A DNA stretch of 64,000 nucleotides from Euprymna scolopes (Eukaryota). Below are positions 1 to 14,658 of this stretch, in pieces. The stretch lies in assembly GCA_053919585.1 (NCBI GenBank), contig JBSSHM010000096.1; one strand, 5' to 3'. The notes under the pieces are model-generated. The model saw only the letters and a program-made list of their open reading frames with translations, was not told the origin of the DNA and ran no database searches. The translations under genes were made by a program, and so were the position numbers. Position 1 is the stretch's first letter; every line of letters starts with the position of its first letter.

Positions 1-1771
1 TTTAAAAAAAACATAAATAGAAAAGAATTAAAAAGTAGAGAACGAGATTCGAAAGTCAAAATAATCGAAAGGAAGATTAAATAAAGTATTACAAAAAATC
101 GGGAGTGGAGTGTTACAATCTTGCTATTGATGCGTGTACTAATGATGTAATTGAATGACGTAAAGAACACGGGCTTGGGAAGAATACGGTAGGGGAAAAA
201 ACGGAAAGAGAAGCCTGAGATATGACGTGTCAATTTAAAGAGAAAGATACTTTCAAATAAGAAGGAAAAAGGTGATATATAAAAAAACGAAGAAAGAAGT
301 AGATTCAGAAAAAATGTATTATCAAAAAAGTATATAAACATTGGTAATTGTTTTAGATAAAGATCATTCCTGTTTAAATTGATAAAAACAAAATTAGTGA
401 GAAAGTAAAACTAAAAAAAATTAAGAATTTTTAACTCATGTCTATATAGTTAGAGTGGGGCGAAGAAAATATACTGGTCTCAAAAAAGTTTTAAAGGAGG
501 AGTGGCTAGAAAAAGTTTAAATGAAAGAGAGATTTAAGTTGAAATAAATATAATTGGGGATGTAGAGGCGTAGATGTTTATCAATATTAAAAGACGCTTT
601 AGGGGAAGAGTATTGAAAAAGTAATAATTAAGGGCTAAAGTACTAAATGAGGAAAACCTTCTTTTTTTTTTAGAATAGAGTGATAAACAATAAAGCGGTA
701 TAAAATAATATCATAGAGAAAAATCGTGTATAACCAAAGAGAAATATAGTATCAGCTCATTAAATCGGAAGTTTCCTTCTGGCTAAAGGCTGACGGGGTT
801 TTAAATGCAAAGGGCGAATGTGTTAGAAGGATGTACAGGGAATTGGAGTAAAATAGTCATTGTCAAATTAAAATGGTGTAAGTGTAAATAAAAAAAACGA
901 TTTATGGAGCAGTAAACGTTGTTAATTACAGGTCAGGGTGATATAAGTATTATTAACTAATAACTCAAAAGTGAAGTGAATGGGGTGGAACTACTTATTT
1001 AATTCCGAATTAGCTATACTTATATTTTCCTATGTCTAAAGTTTGAAATCAATTTGATTTTAAAATTAATGTTGTTAATACTTTGAGATAAGGTGATAAT
1101 GCTTACAGCTTTAAATATTAAAAGCTGGCAAGAATTAGCGCTTGGTGTATAGGATTTAGATTTTTTAGTATTGACCCTTTAATGGGGAGCTTATGTTTTA
1201 ATCCTAAGATTTGTAATTAATGTAGAAAGTGTAGTAGTCTTATTGTTGTCAATGAAATCTTTGTTAAATGAATTGTTATGATTTAGAATGCGTAGTTTGA
1301 TTAGCGTGAATGTTCAGCCAATGTATGTATGGGTTTATGCGGATTCTGTTGATTACTAATCCTATGATTACTACTAGTAACATTAGATAAAGAAAGTAGG
1401 TTATAATGATTGTGGTTATGGATATTTCAGGCGTGGGTAGTAGCTGTAGGAAAAGTCGACAATATACCCGGTGAAATTATGGGGCTGGTTAACATATTTA
1501 CTGTTATACTAAGCAATTAGGGAGGGACTAATTTTAAAGGATTTAAACATGAGTTTTCAGAGTTTACTTGATAGATGAATTGAATTAAAGTAACAATTAT
1601 TAAGAAATGGGGATAGTATTTGAATTTGATTCGGTTACTGTACAAGCATAGATTACATCCTTGTGTATGCAATTTTTACCTAATAATGAATTTAGTTGGT
1701 TTTGGCAATTAAATCTAGTAGTCAGTGTACAGAGATTAGGCTTGATTGAACAATCCTAATTTTCTATCCTA

Positions 1772-1975
1772 ATACCAGCGGACACCTGATTGCACCAGGG
1801 GATCACCACACTCTTCAGCAAATTTATATACACTTTAGTGTTGATTTTAAAGCCGACTTTGAAAATGTGAGGTGACATGATGTGCTTCTCATTTCAAACC
1901 ACACCAATGACCATAACCGTGACCGACAACTTTGTTTTCATCACACTGGGCACACCCTTGTTGTTCGAAGCAATC
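1772..1975 (-). mobile_element. Tc1/mariner transposase fragment (decayed)
   Basis: Minus-strand translation SNNKGVPSVMKTKLSVTVMVIGVV*NEKHIMSPHIFKVGFKINTKVYINLLKSVVIPWCNQVSAG. It matches the region between the first and second catalytic Asp of mariner-like transposases. Contains a stop; no TIRs seen. Confidence 0.75.
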
Positions 1976-2599
1976 AAATATGCATTTTGAGGCTGCTGGC
2001 AATGATCCCGTTTTCATAACTGAGATCTATAGAGAGAATGAGTTGTACAGTGGAGCATCTCCGATATTACTCGGTAAAAATTGTGTCACTTTCATACATG
2101 ATAAAAGGTTCCTACCGTTCTTTGGATTTGTACACAGCTGTCCAACTAGTAGATGATCTGCAACAACAAGATAATAATAATAAAATAAATGATTTTCATT
2201 TAAACTAAGGGCAATGATTTTACGATCTTTATTATTCAATGTATTTCGCATTGTTTTCACTAGTCCTCATGTATGTTTTTGATCGCTCATGCATTCATTT
2301 TTTTTCGTGTTTAGAAATGAATTCTCTATATTCACTTGCACTGTCATAAGATCATTCGGTATACTCACTAATTCCATAGCTAGCTGTAAGATATATTGTT
2401 TTTCATTTTGTTTTTCATCAATCAGAAGTAGAATCATCATTTTCTTTGGCTATAATTTTATCGCTCAACCCTGTATTCTACCATCCTACATTCATTAACC
2501 CTTATTCTCGGGTGATCCTTGCACTGTGATAAGTAGTTACTCTCTAGTAAAAAGACGCCATCAGTCACAGCTATTCTTTCACAGATTTGCAATACTCTG

Positions 2600-3950
2600 A
2601 ACCACTTTGAATATGTTTGCAAATGAATTTGCATCGTCCCAACATCCGTTTTGTATTGGCATCCTACTGAAAGTGCCCATTTGTCATCACTTGCATTTTT
2701 GGCTGACTATAAGCCTACATTTAATCCTAGTTGTCTTTGCACTCATCCAGGAGTGTTTTCTCCTCACGGTCTTTCCCTTTCCTCGACACTTGTAAAGTGT
2801 TTACTTTGGCGCAAGTTAATGTCGGCAGTAACATTTTTTTCATGTTGAGGGAGTTGGTGTTATCTTGACTGTAATTATTTTTCATATCATTTTTAGATAT
2901 TAGGTGAGTTCAGAATATTTGTTTCACTTTTCCGTATCCCTGATAGTCATTCTGTGATCTACATGAAGTGTGAACTCTACAATCTGGCAGCAATTTTTAC
3001 ATCTTGTCAACCATTATGCTATATGGTCTCCTTGCTTAGATGGGTTTATCTGTTTGACTGTATATGCCCCATAGGATTTTTTTGTTTCTGCTTTAAGTAT
3101 TGTTACCACCTATTTTGCTGCATTCAATCATTACGTGGCTTAGTTTTCGTTGCCATGTCAATGTGTTTTTATGAATACTATTTTTTGTCATAATCTGATT
3201 ATTAATGTCGCAATTGTTTGTTTTCCAATTTATATTTTCTAATTTTATCTTTGTCTTATTCATTTTTACAGTGTAATGATTAGCTTTCCCGTGCCATGTG
3301 TAATATATTTTTCGATTTTATTTTGTCATTCACATGTTTTAAAAGTTAACCAGTCTTTTTCTCCATCTATTCTGTTTGCATAGAGTCGACTATTATCATT
3401 CTTTTCCTCAGTTCTTAATTAGTCCGGCCTATGAACGGACTAGTGCATTTCACTATGGGTACTACCAAGGTTTTTCAACATTTTATTAGACACTTACTAT
3501 ATAGTTTTGTTTCTATCAATGTGTATCTTCTCCCTGCGTATTCTTTTTTTCTATTTCTTTTTCAAATTTTGAATGATATAGATAGTTTGCTCATACATGT
3601 AGAAATTCCAAATATATGTAGAGGTCATGTTTTCCTTGCATCCTCATCTCCTCTTATTTAGATAGTTCCACACCTAATTCTGCCTTTATTTTGTCCCTTC
3701 TTATAAATCACAGTGTGTTGTATTCCATTGCAGATTCATCTCGGATATGCTGCCTACAAGTTCTGGTTGTGTTTAGCAGTGTATTTAGTCATTTCGTCTG
3801 TAAACTTTAACCCAGCTTGACTGCCCTAAGTATATTGTAAAAGTTATCATGTTTCTTATGCACAGTAGTGATGAAAGGGAATCTCCTTAGAAAATATTGC
3901 TTCATAATTTATCCAAGCTATGTACTGTTCTTTATCTGGTAGTTTGATTT
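2600..3950 (-). mobile_element. highly degenerate non-LTR retrotransposon RT region, possibly RTE-like
   Basis: Scattered minus-strand remnants in RT order: QAGLK (about 3815, cf. QAGFR) and KRGD/ARK (about 3640, cf. RGVRQG). Many stops and frameshifts. Confidence 0.35.
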
Positions 3951-4999
3951 TTCAAAATGTTTTTTTTTAAATCTCATTTAACTTTACTCTCCAGTTCATA
4001 TTGGCCCTGATGATATGTTCGCAAAAAATGCATAATAGATCGATGCGTATCGTACATACGAAATTAGCAAAACACAGTACGTTATTGTCTATAACCTTTT
4101 CGTCATTAATTTTATGGACATTATTTTAGATAAAACATGGGACCACAGCATCCGGGCGACCAAATTTGTGCCCTATTTGTCATAAACATAAACAATGTAT
4201 GTAAGGATTAAAGAGTCATAACAAAGGAATTGAGACATACAGGTTCGAATGTGAACTCAAGGTTCGATTTCCTCTCTCCATATAAAAATAAATAAACGCA
4301 CAGATTGAGTGTATTACCTTTGCCAATATGCATAAGATTTTGAAGTAAATAAAAGGAGTTTTTAAACTGAATAAATACAAATATTATTAACTTAATAGAT
4401 TTTGCGTTGCTTGCGAAAGCTGAAAACCATCATGAAACTAAAGCTACCAGATCTGAATTTCATCTTTGAGTTTTAATATTTAAACCACCTATCAATATCA
4501 GTTTTATTGTTCTGTAAACATTGAATGTATGATATATTTTTCATAGTCTGTCTATTTTTTCAAATTTATTTCGAAAACTACCATACGAATTTGATTGAAA
4601 TTTTGTATAGGCTTTCAGGATCATAAAATACGGTGGAAGTACTATTGTTATTTTTTACTCACGTTCACCCCTTATAAAGAAAATCACCAATTGGACGTAA
4701 GGGGTTACTATTTGAGGCCACGTATAGGAAAATTAACTAGATATTTTTGTGTTATATTTCAACTTCTGCATATCAGTACAGCCAGGGAAGCAAGAAGAAT
4801 GAAGGCCATTCTAAAATCTATCTGTTCCCGGGAAGAAACTATTAGAATAGAAATCTTTCTGGCATTTAGGGACAACAACAGTAAAGGGATGAGATCTTAT
4901 TGCTAATCGGGTTTGTCGAGGATATATAGGTCGAGGGGGTACAAAGCATACAATTTACTCAAAACACATTAAATTAAAATATTTGTAAAATAGGCACAG

Positions 5000-5265
5000 T
5001 GATGCAACATTGCGGCGATGAGACAGGGGCTGAATCTTAGTTGATAAAGTGGCAGCGATTAGATTGACAAAATTTTTGGACATTATCTAAGAGAGAAAGA
5101 CTAGCGGAAGATTCACTAGCCCAGATGTGGCCACAATACTCCATGCATGGATGAATGGTGGCCTTGTAAAGGTACAGGATACTCACAGGTATGAGCAGTC
5201 TTCTAGCTCGATAGAGAGGACCACCTTCTTTGCATAGCTTAGTTGATAAAGTGGGACTGATTTGA
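5000..5265 (-). mobile_element. CR1/L2-group LINE fragment (C-terminal to RT)
   Basis: Minus strand reads ILYLYKATIHPCMEYCGHIWASESSASLSLLDNVQK, homologous to ILYLYKSQVRPRIEYCCHIWAGA of the 26.6-28.3 kb copy. Confidence 0.75.
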
Positions 5266-7000
5266 TTGATAACTGTTTTTTTTTTTTTTACTTTATCTAA
5301 GTTTTAGTTAAAACAGGCAAAAAGCCATAATAATGCCCATCCAATTAATTAAATGTTAAATTAAATAAGCAGTAAATATCATATTATCCGTTCGGTGCAC
5401 TGTTAGGGATTAATAATTGTTAGTTCCAATCTAATATGTACAAATTGACTCGGATATATCTATAAATTGGACATAAATCACTGATTCTAAGTTTAACTTT
5501 TGCACAGTGTTAATGAGTTAAAATTCTAGTTTACTTAAAATAGAGAAAATCTAAACGTAATTATTATTTTATATTAGGATTATATTTAATCTGCGCTTTT
5601 TACGATGCTTTCAAACGTAGTCAATTGACCGACATTCATAGATATTCTCATATTCTGGTTTATCTGAAAAGGATACAAACTTCAGTAAGTTATCGCCATG
5701 AATAAAACGTCTGAATACCACCTTCGTTTCGTATCTGTATATAATATCTTTTCATTATGATGACTAAATGGCACAAGACGTCTGTAACATATCGATAATA
5801 ATCTTTAAAAAAGTAAAGAAAATATTCTACGCATTAAAAGTGTATCCGATTTAATGTTTTTCTCAGTTTTTGCGAAAATGCCATGGCAATAAATCCTTGT
5901 AGATTTCGCTGTTAAATCTGACAATGCGATAAATTTAGTAGAAGTCATTTTCTTTGACGTAATTCATCCTATTCTAATCTTTTAATGAAGATTATATCAT
6001 CGGTGGTTCTCGCCTGCTCGTTTATGTTCAAAATTGCATATCTGACGAAAAAGACCTATCACATAGAAATCTGTACTGAATATCAAAGAGACGCACAGCA
6101 CGAAGACCGGAATTGTCCGGCGATAATATCCAAAGGATAATATAATTAAGTTGATTTATTACAAACACACTGATTCATGAGAAACGAAAATAGGAAGCAA
6201 ATAAATATTTTACAAGTGCATGTACAATTCCATTTCAACTGAATAAATGTAAATAATATACGTAGGTATATAATAGTGATGGGGCTATTCCAATATTTTC
6301 CCGATTCCGATAAAAGTACAGATTCCGAGCTGACTTCCCGGTTCCGTTACAATTACCGATTCCGATTTTTTTATAAATATCCAATTAATTAACTATAAGA
6401 TTGCTATTTACTCCGATTTTATTAAAAACAAATGTTCAATATGTAGATAGTTTTCTTACACGTCAAAATACACTTGTGGAGGAGGATCTATCGATTGTCG
6501 CTTGACTGGTAACTAAAAATCAGTCAATATTTATTATTTTATCATTATTACCAGCAATGGAAGTTGTATATAATGACTTTAATTAGTTATGTAAAAAAAA
6601 GTCCAACGAACAATCAGATGATTAGAGGTTCCACCCCTTTTGTTAATTCCACTACAACTACGATATGTGTTGACGGTTGATTGCATTACGACACAAGCGC
6701 CTCATGCACTGACTTTCCATCTTAAACTCAAGAATCTACCACATATGAGGTGAAATGTGCGCGCCTCTTTACTCACGAAGCTATACGGCTCAGTTGCACA
6801 TGCGTGGAAATTATCAATCCCTTATTATCTGATTATTGTTCATATAAATATAATTGTGTAAATAGATTACGCGGTTCTTATTGCCGCATTTTCTTTCGCT
6901 TCGAGCAGGGTTTTATTTTTTTGTATATCAAGCACAAGAGAATAAAAATGGAAAGATATATTGCATAGATGTACGCATGCGTAAAGGTCACATGAGTAAA

Positions 7001-7909
7001 TCTATATATCTATAAAAGTGAAATTATCTGTGGGTGTGTACCTGTGCGTGTGTACCTGTGCGTGTGTATCTGTGCGTGTACATGCCCCTACCAAACTACT
7101 CTGTTACTTTTTAGTCTACATACTTGAGATTCAACATAAGCGCTATTGAGATTTAGAGAAATCTCTTTAATCGGTTTTCGGTCTGAAATTTGGCTGTCAA
7201 GGGGTCAAAGTTCAATGATTTGACCTTTGAAAACTCTACTAAACTCCTCCGCCAATTTTGGGTCTAAACATTTGAAATTTTAGATGTAGGTTACTTGGAA
7301 AATGATCAAACATTTTAATTTGATTTGAGACCCAAAAAGGGGCTCAAAATTGGAGTTAAAGTATTTTTAAAAAATACTTATGCGATGTCTACCTATTTCC
7401 CAGCCAATTTTTGGTCTTAATATTTGAAATTTTACATGAAGTGTCTTCAAGCATGGGCAGGCTTTTTAATCTGTTTTTTGTCAGAAAACTTTGCTTTCGA
7501 GGGTTCAAAGGTAAAAGAGTTGACCTGTAACGTCTGTAGCAAACTATTCAGTCAATTTTGGGTATAAACATTTCGGAATTTTACATAAAAGTATTCAGAA
7601 ATGTAACAAGGTTTTTAATTAGTTTTGGGGCGTAATTTGGTTTCCAGATGGTAAAAGTTTAAAGGGTTAAAATTTGAAAATTTACCAACTCTTTCGCCAA
7701 TTCTGAGTCTAAACACTGTAAATTTTAGATGTAGGTTACCTGAACGTNNNNNNNNNNNNNNNNNNNNNNNNNNNNNNNNNNNNNNNNNNNNNNNNNNNNN
7801 NNNNNNNNNNNNNNNNNNNNNNNNNNNNNNNNNNNNNNNNNNNNNNNNNNNNNNNNNNNNNNNNNNNNNNNNNNNNGAGGGCCCGAGCAACACCAGGATG
7901 AACGGCTAG
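7001..7909 (+). mobile_element. non-autonomous Helitron, family A (long variant)
   Basis: 5' A|TCTATATATCTATAAAAGTG. 3' CCCGAGCAACACCAGG hairpin then CTAG|T (7906-7909). No TSD. Internal ~150 bp degenerate repeats (CCAATTTTGGGTCTAAACATTTGAAATTTT at about 7252, 7404, 7552, 7697). Spans an N gap. Confidence 0.85.
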
Positions 7910-10521
7910 TACTAAATAATAATAAATGAGGAAATTTGTTTATGCTTACGTTATCAATCTTCATATCAATTGAAAACATGTTAGATTGTAGTTAATAACT
8001 CGGAGTTAAATACATTAATTGATTGTGAGTTAATAAAACACGCATTAAAAGTTTAACGGAAATATAGAAAGCACTACTCACGTAACCATTGCATTTCCAT
8101 ACCGTTCTCTCAGAATGTTATAATTTACTTTTTTATTCTCTTGTCACTTGTAGATTGATATTATAAACTGACTTAGTATTTGATAGAAAGACATGCGAAC
8201 TTTATAAAATATCACTACTCGTGAAGAAACGCTTTTCTATTAATTTATTTTTGAATAATACAATATACATCTTGCAATAATAATAAATATATTTAAGACT
8301 ATCCTTCGATTTTTAAAGCAAACAGGCGCGTAAATTCTTCCATCAGTACTCATATTTCTCCAGAGATTTTATTTTAAAGCATTTTTTCTCAAAATTTTGA
8401 TATTTGGCAATCGTTCGTTCATTAATCTCTAAGTACAATATTTTTGTTCAAAATTATTATATATCCTGATCTTCCAAGAAATACAACATACGGAATCATT
8501 AATTCAATTTCAAAGCATTTGTACAACAAAACGTCTGTTTATTTCTGGCGCGTATAGTAAGATTCAGTTATGTATATGACGTACATTTATTTTATCGCCA
8601 TTCACTTTTACGAGCGAACATGCTAGTGATTGTCTCACAAATATTATGGATGATCCAAAATGGAATCTGGACGAAACGGATTTTCAGCCTTATATATTAT
8701 AAAATACTTTGAATATTGTCTTGATGGATATTATATTTTAGATACTCACATGAATAAGGAGATGCTTATAGTCTGGTAAGTGCAAACTCCATACATGGTA
8801 ATATCCGCTTCTTACGAAACGTCCACTAAAATTCCCTCACATATCAGTTACGTTTATAAGGCCATTAAAATATGTTGCACATCACTAAAAGATGGCGAAC
8901 ATTTGAAGGCTTACTCATAGATGGATTAGTAACTAAAATGGTGATAATTATGGTAAATAATTGTTAATTATATTAAGGAGTCTACGTATTTAATTGCATG
9001 CATAGATATTAGTCGAACACGTTGTCATTTATGTTCTTGTTGGTTTTAATGGAAATCGCCGGGAAACAGAGACACTTTTCTATATTGGAGATATTTTATT
9101 TGGTTTTTGTAAGTCTACATTTACAAGAAGATTGATATCTTCCAGATCAAAAAAAAAAAAATTAGATCATAAGGGAGCAAATAGATAGTAACTCATCGTG
9201 CGGTGTTCGAGTCATGGTTTCCTTATAGACTAGTTTTCATTAGATATGTTGGCAAATTTAATATCGTCCCTCACGATTGCATCTAATTATCTTAAAGTCA
9301 ATGTCAGCAAAGCCGAATCACGTGAGGCGAATTCTCGTAACTTCTGATTCTGACGCATTGCGTTTGATTTCAGTTATTTATGACTTTGATGTCAGTGCGA
9401 TTCCGACTATCTAGGTAGAAAATAGAATGCGTCAAACATGAATCCACATGGGGACGTATAGCCTGCACGTTCTCTTATGCGTATTAGTATTTCAAATGCG
9501 GACAATCAAATCGCGAGAATCATAATTAGGAATGTTCATTGGCCTACACCAGTAACGTGTTTCCTGTATCCGATTCTGCACATTTTCATTACATGATGAC
9601 AACCGCATTTATGTAGACACAACAGAAAAATGTAGTGATTATTTAGTTCCAATAAATTCTTAAATTAAATCATAACGCAAGATCAGTTTTATTTGTACAT
9701 AGGACTTTTCCTTAGAGCACTCTTCGTTGTGCTATAGTACAGAAATACTCTAATGTGCTTTGAGGTTTTGAATCTAGGATCGAAATTCGACTGCTTTTTT
9801 TAAGCAATCAGATATCCCAACCTCCACGTCGTCTCTTTATATCTGTCTTACATTCTATCTCACTGTTATTATTTCTGTCTGTTTGTTTTACTGCCNNNNN
9901 NNNNNNNNNNNNNNNNNNNNNNNNNNNNNNNNNNNNNNNNNNNNNNNNNNNNNNNNNNNNNNNNNNNNNNNNNNNNNNNNNNNNNNNNNNNNNNNNNNNN
10001 NNNNNNNNNNNNNNNNNNNNNNNNNNNNNNNNNNNNNNNNNNNNNNNNNNNNNNNNNNNNNNNNNNNNNNNNNNNGAGTAATAATATATTCTATGCGATT
10101 TGAAAATGTGCATGAAAAATGAACATAGCAATGACTAGCGCTAACTAATTTGTTACTGTAAATTACTGTTCTACATTCTTAAAACATTTGAGGCACGTGT
10201 CTTAACAAATGTTACTACTGCTTTGTTGCCTAATTTACAGGCATATGACTTCTAAAATTGTCAGTCCTTCTGTGGTTATAATTGAAATATGCTTACATTA
10301 TGAAGTAAGCAATGTGGCTTTTTTGACATAAGCGAATTCCAATTTTGTCGCAGGGATTCATATTAGGTCTACAAGATACTTTTCTTGTTTTAGCCGATGC
10401 AACTGAGAAGAATGATTTACATATTGAAGACACATGACTCCAGTCCCTTGTTTGGTTTATTATATATGATCGTACACTTTATCTGTCTTACATGGCAATT
10501 CTTTTCGCAGGTAAAATGTTT

Positions 10522-11367
10522 ATCTATCTATTTATCTCTTATACAAAATAAACATAATCTATGAGTGTGTTCGTATGTGTGTACGCGTGCGTGTGTGTAT
10601 GTGTATGTGTGGGTGTGTGAAAGAGAGACAGAGAAAGAGAGAGAGAGAGTTCGCTTCTTATAGATTCGAAAACAGCTAGGCCGATTGTTTTGTAATTCTA
10701 CGGAAAGGTGTTTTATGTATCTAGGAGTAGGCTTACGTACTTTTTTTTATCGGAATTCATCGAATCAGAATCGAAAATCGATAATCAAAACACTCTGAAT
10801 AAAGAGAGAAGTCTGATGCGATATTTGAAAACAGTTTTATACAACTAAACATTGCACGCACATTTTGAGGTTTTCTCAATGCAAAAGCACTAATGGTAAG
10901 CATATAAAATCAACTATAAAATTTTGTAAGACAGGGGCGCGTTAGTAATGCATTCTTATAGAGAGCCATTGTACTATTATACTTGAGCATGTTTGTTGAC
11001 CTTTAATTCAAGTTATTACATGAAAATATTTTCATAAATTCAACATTTGGTCCGTCGATAAGACAGGTGCACGTTCGAAATTAATGTTTCTGTTTGGAGC
11101 AAATTGAACAATGACACTCGCCTTTTGCACTTTTAACTTGAACTGAGGTGATTATTCAATTTCTTTTATTAAATAAACAGTTTATTGGCTACAGTATAAT
11201 GTAAACTACAATGTATTGTAGACAAAGAAACTGCTGAAAGGCAGGCCCAGCTTCCCCTCCAGTACACAGCGCGGGGGTTCGAAACTAGAGCAAGCAATCA
11301 ATTTTTTGAATTAATAGTGGGAGATTAAACAGATTTCAACGAAAATATGACGGTGGACAATATGTTG
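10522..11367 (+). mobile_element. non-autonomous Helitron, family B (3' end probably in N gap)
   Basis: TC/TA-rich start followed by (TG)n(AG)n. Blocks homologous to 51571-52203, e.g. GACAGG..CGTTCGAAATTAATGTTTCTGTTT..AGCA..AACAATGACACT. Confidence 0.6.
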
Positions 11368-11768
11368 NNNNNNNNNNNNNNNNNNNNNNNNNNNNNNNNN
11401 NNNNNNNNNNNNNNNNNNNNNNNNNNNNNNNNNNNNNNNNNNNNNNNNNNNNNNNNNNNNNNNNNNNNNNNNNNNNNNNNNNNNNNNNNNNNNNNNNNNN
11501 NNNNNNNNNNNNNNNGTGAAAAATACCTTAGCAGAGCTAAATATATTTTTTATTATTTCAATGTTGAGTGTATTTACTTAAATAATTACCAGTGGTTACA
11601 ATAGTCTTGATAAAAACAATGAATACATACCGTCACTTGATTTAAGCTAAAATAAAAAAAGAAAGAAGCTTTAATAGTCTGATGATATGAACTGGATAGT
11701 TTGTTATCCACACTATTGATAAATATTTGTAATGGTTTAAGTAACTACACCCGAGGTTTAAATAATAA

Positions 11769-11771
<3 letters not shown>

Positions 11772-11844
<73 letters not shown>
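11772..11844. repeat. (TA)n microsatellite
   Basis: Pure TA dinucleotide run. Similar tracts at about 14660, 15413, 22433, 32594, 38458, 38527, 41361, 42255, 48268, 48379, 48708, 58803, 61341 and 62433. Confidence 0.99.
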
Positions 11845-11848
<4 letters not shown>

Positions 11849-12354
11849 TTTTAGATGGGGCAATTCATTGGTACCGTCGGTTTCAAACCCGACAATGAGA
11901 ATGATTTTAGATACCCAAATCAAGCTTGCTCCAGCCAATACAAATTTCTAAAACCTTTCTGTACACAAAATATAAATACGCTCTTATCTTAGGATTTTCC
12001 TTATAATTGAACACTCTGCTAACTTTCTTTTTCCACAATGCTTATAGAATTAAATATAAGATAGAAAAGCAAATGTTAAAAGTACCCAGACAAAAAGATG
12101 TTAAAAGGCGCGAACAAATATAGGAGAAAAAACTATAGGTCAANNNNNNNNNNNNNNNNNNNNNNNNNNNNNNNNNNNNNNNNNNNNNNNNNNNNNNNNN
12201 NNNNNNNNNNNNNNNNNNNNNNNNNNNNNNNNNNNNNNNNNNNNNNNNNNNNNNNNNNNNNNNNNNNNNNNNNNNNNNNNNNNNNNNNNNNNNNNNNNNN
12301 NNNNNNNNNNNNNNNNNNNNNNNNNNNNNNNNNNNNNNNNNNNNNNNNNNNNNN

Positions 12355-12958
12355 TGTATGTTGGCTTTTTGTATATCACATATAAACAATAATATCTCTG
12401 AGTAAACAACGAAGGTCGCCTGTCTATTTACTTTGCTCGATTTCGGGAAGATAAATTTCCAACAGTTTTCGCTCGCCGCATGTGGATTAGACTTTTTCGT
12501 ATAATAAAAGCGACACTGATTCTGGCAGTATTTTTCCGCTGGCGACCGCCGCAAATGTCCGAAAGCAATCAGCTTTGATCAATGTGGAAACATTTTCCTT
12601 ATTTGGACAAGGGGAGGCGGCACCCCCTAACATCTTGGGAACATAAAAATAAAAAAAAGCGTTTCCGCAGTAAATGAAATACTATCCCGCAGTCAAGTTG
12701 ACCTCACTGAGTCATTAAAACGTGTACCTGCCAAATCTAAGTAATTAAAAATATTAAAACTTGTGTCCGTTAGTATCGCACGGTGGCCCAATGGTTAACG
12801 TCGCACATTTTTTTCACACTTTAATTTCCAACTTCACCTCAAGGGTCGGTTTCTGTCCTCATACTCACTTACCTAAACTTTTTTTTTTATTTTAACCCCG
12901 CCCCCTGCAGTTTTGATTTACCTCCAAATATCCGGGCAACGCCGGGTACCCCCGCTAG
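12355..12958 (+). mobile_element. non-autonomous Helitron, family D (5' end probably in N gap)
   Basis: Ends CCGGGCAACGCCGGGTACCCCCGCTAG|T. Body is unlike families A-C. Confidence 0.7.
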
Positions 12959-13030
12959 TACTTTCTTAAATCAGAGTCCATTTTCTGCAGACTGTATTTG
13001 AAGCCAGTCAACGGCGGGTACTTTTGCTAG
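12959..13030 (+). mobile_element. 3' terminus of Helitron family C
   Basis: TACTTTCTTAAATCAGAGTCCATTTTCTG...GGCGGGTACTTTTGCTAG matches the ends at about 13715-13778 and 14594-14659. Confidence 0.7.
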
Positions 13031-13779
13031 TCTATAATATAAAGCTGAATGTCTGTGTGTGTATGTGTGCGTGTCTGGTCAGGAATAGGCTCCTGTATGG
13101 TTGATTATTTTAAAAAACTGATTACATATAATAATAGAACATGTATCGAGACACAGGAATGAATATGTTTGATCCGGCAGAACAGTGGTTCATTAAAATG
13201 TGTGGTATGTGTTCGCGTCTGGTCCACAAAGTATGGAAATAAAAAAATTAAAAAAAAGTTTACAAATGTTTCTGATATAGATGTACATAAAAATACTTTG
13301 ATAAGTATGTTTCAACTTAAATAGAGATGGAATAATAAAAGTGTGGGGTATGCGGTCGCGCCTGACCTCTATAGAATGGAAATATTCACACACTTTAATA
13401 AAGAATTTTACTATCTATCTGTGTAAGTATACTTTGATAATTATGTTTCAGTTTGAAGAAATATGGTATAATAAAATTCTGGGGTGTTCGCTCGCACATG
13501 ACCTCCATAGAATGGAAATATGGCACAACGTATAACAAGTTTTTTTTATATAGATCTACTGAATATTGTGATAAGGGTTTCATTTTGAACAGGTATGGTA
13601 TAACAAATTATGGCGTTTATCTATTTTATTTTTACTTTCATCATATTTTGCTTTGGTTTTGATACCTCCAAATTTAACCCAAATTTACAATCCTTTCTTT
13701 TCATAACCTATCATACTTTCATAAATCAGAGTCTATTTTCTGTACGCTGTTTTGAATCCAGTAAACGACGGGTATTAGT
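13031..13779 (+). mobile_element. non-autonomous Helitron, family C
   Basis: Starts TCTATAATATAAAGCTGAATGTCTGTGTG immediately after a CTAG terminus. Internal ~140 bp degenerate tandem repeat (13270-13610). Degenerate end CGACGGGTATTAG. Confidence 0.75.
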
Positions 13780-14307
13780 TACTTAAGAAAATGTCAGCAA
13801 GAGTTCTTAAAAGACACTAAATATAAAAAAATAAATAAATAAATAATAAATAAATAAATAATGAAATATATATATTTTTTTTTTAATTTAAGGGGAGAGG
13901 ATGGCCGATGTTTGCAAATTCAGTACAAAGCAGGTAAGTGTGTAAGTAAATGCGTATAGTAAAATATAAGTTAATATACATGCAGAATATAGATGTGTGG
14001 GTAGATATGAATATTTAAAGACTAAGACGGAAATTTAAGATAAGATACCGGCCAAACAAGAATAAATAAAGAAGTAAAATAAAGGATATTACAAAGTATT
14101 AAAAACGTGTGTAGAAAAAACGATAAGGTTAAAGAAGAATTATATATCTATCTGAAAGGGTAAATAATAACTATGTAATTTTAAAATTTCCATAATTATA
14201 TTTGGACTCATGTTTACAGAAATAGATTAGCTCGTTTTTAGAATCTATTATATTGTTACTTTGAGGGGAAGTAATAGTTATAGCTTCAGTAGTGCAGAGG
14301 CTTTTCA

Positions 14308-14658
14308 TATCTATCTGTGTAAGTATACTTTGATAGTTATGTTTCAGTTTGAAAAAATATGGTATAATAAAATTCTGGGGTGCTCGCTCGCACATGACCT
14401 CCATAGAAGTTTAACCAGATTGTTTTTATATAGATCCACAGAATATTGTGATAAGTATTTCAGTGTGAACAGGTATGGTATAATAAATTATGGCTTTTAT
14501 CTATTTTATTTTTACTTTCATCATATTTTGCTTTGGTTTTAATAGCTCCAAATTCAACCTAAATTTACAACCCTTCCTTTTCATAACCTATCATACTTTC
14601 ATAAATCAGAGTCCATTTTCTGAAGGCTGTTTTTGAACCCAGTCGGGTACTTTTGCTA

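Noticed and set aside
1-1700. Purine-skewed stretch suggesting an old minus-strand LINE
   Set aside because: No RT or endonuclease motif could be read with confidence.
6274-8888. TAGTGATG...CATCACTA as ends of one hAT element (CCGATT repeats at 6300-6370)
   Set aside because: No 8 bp TSD and no subterminal repeats at the right end. At most a one-ended remnant.
13270-13610. Periodic repeats as a CRISPR-like array
   Set aside because: Whole ~140 bp units are degenerate copies with no unique spacers, inside a Helitron in eukaryotic DNA.
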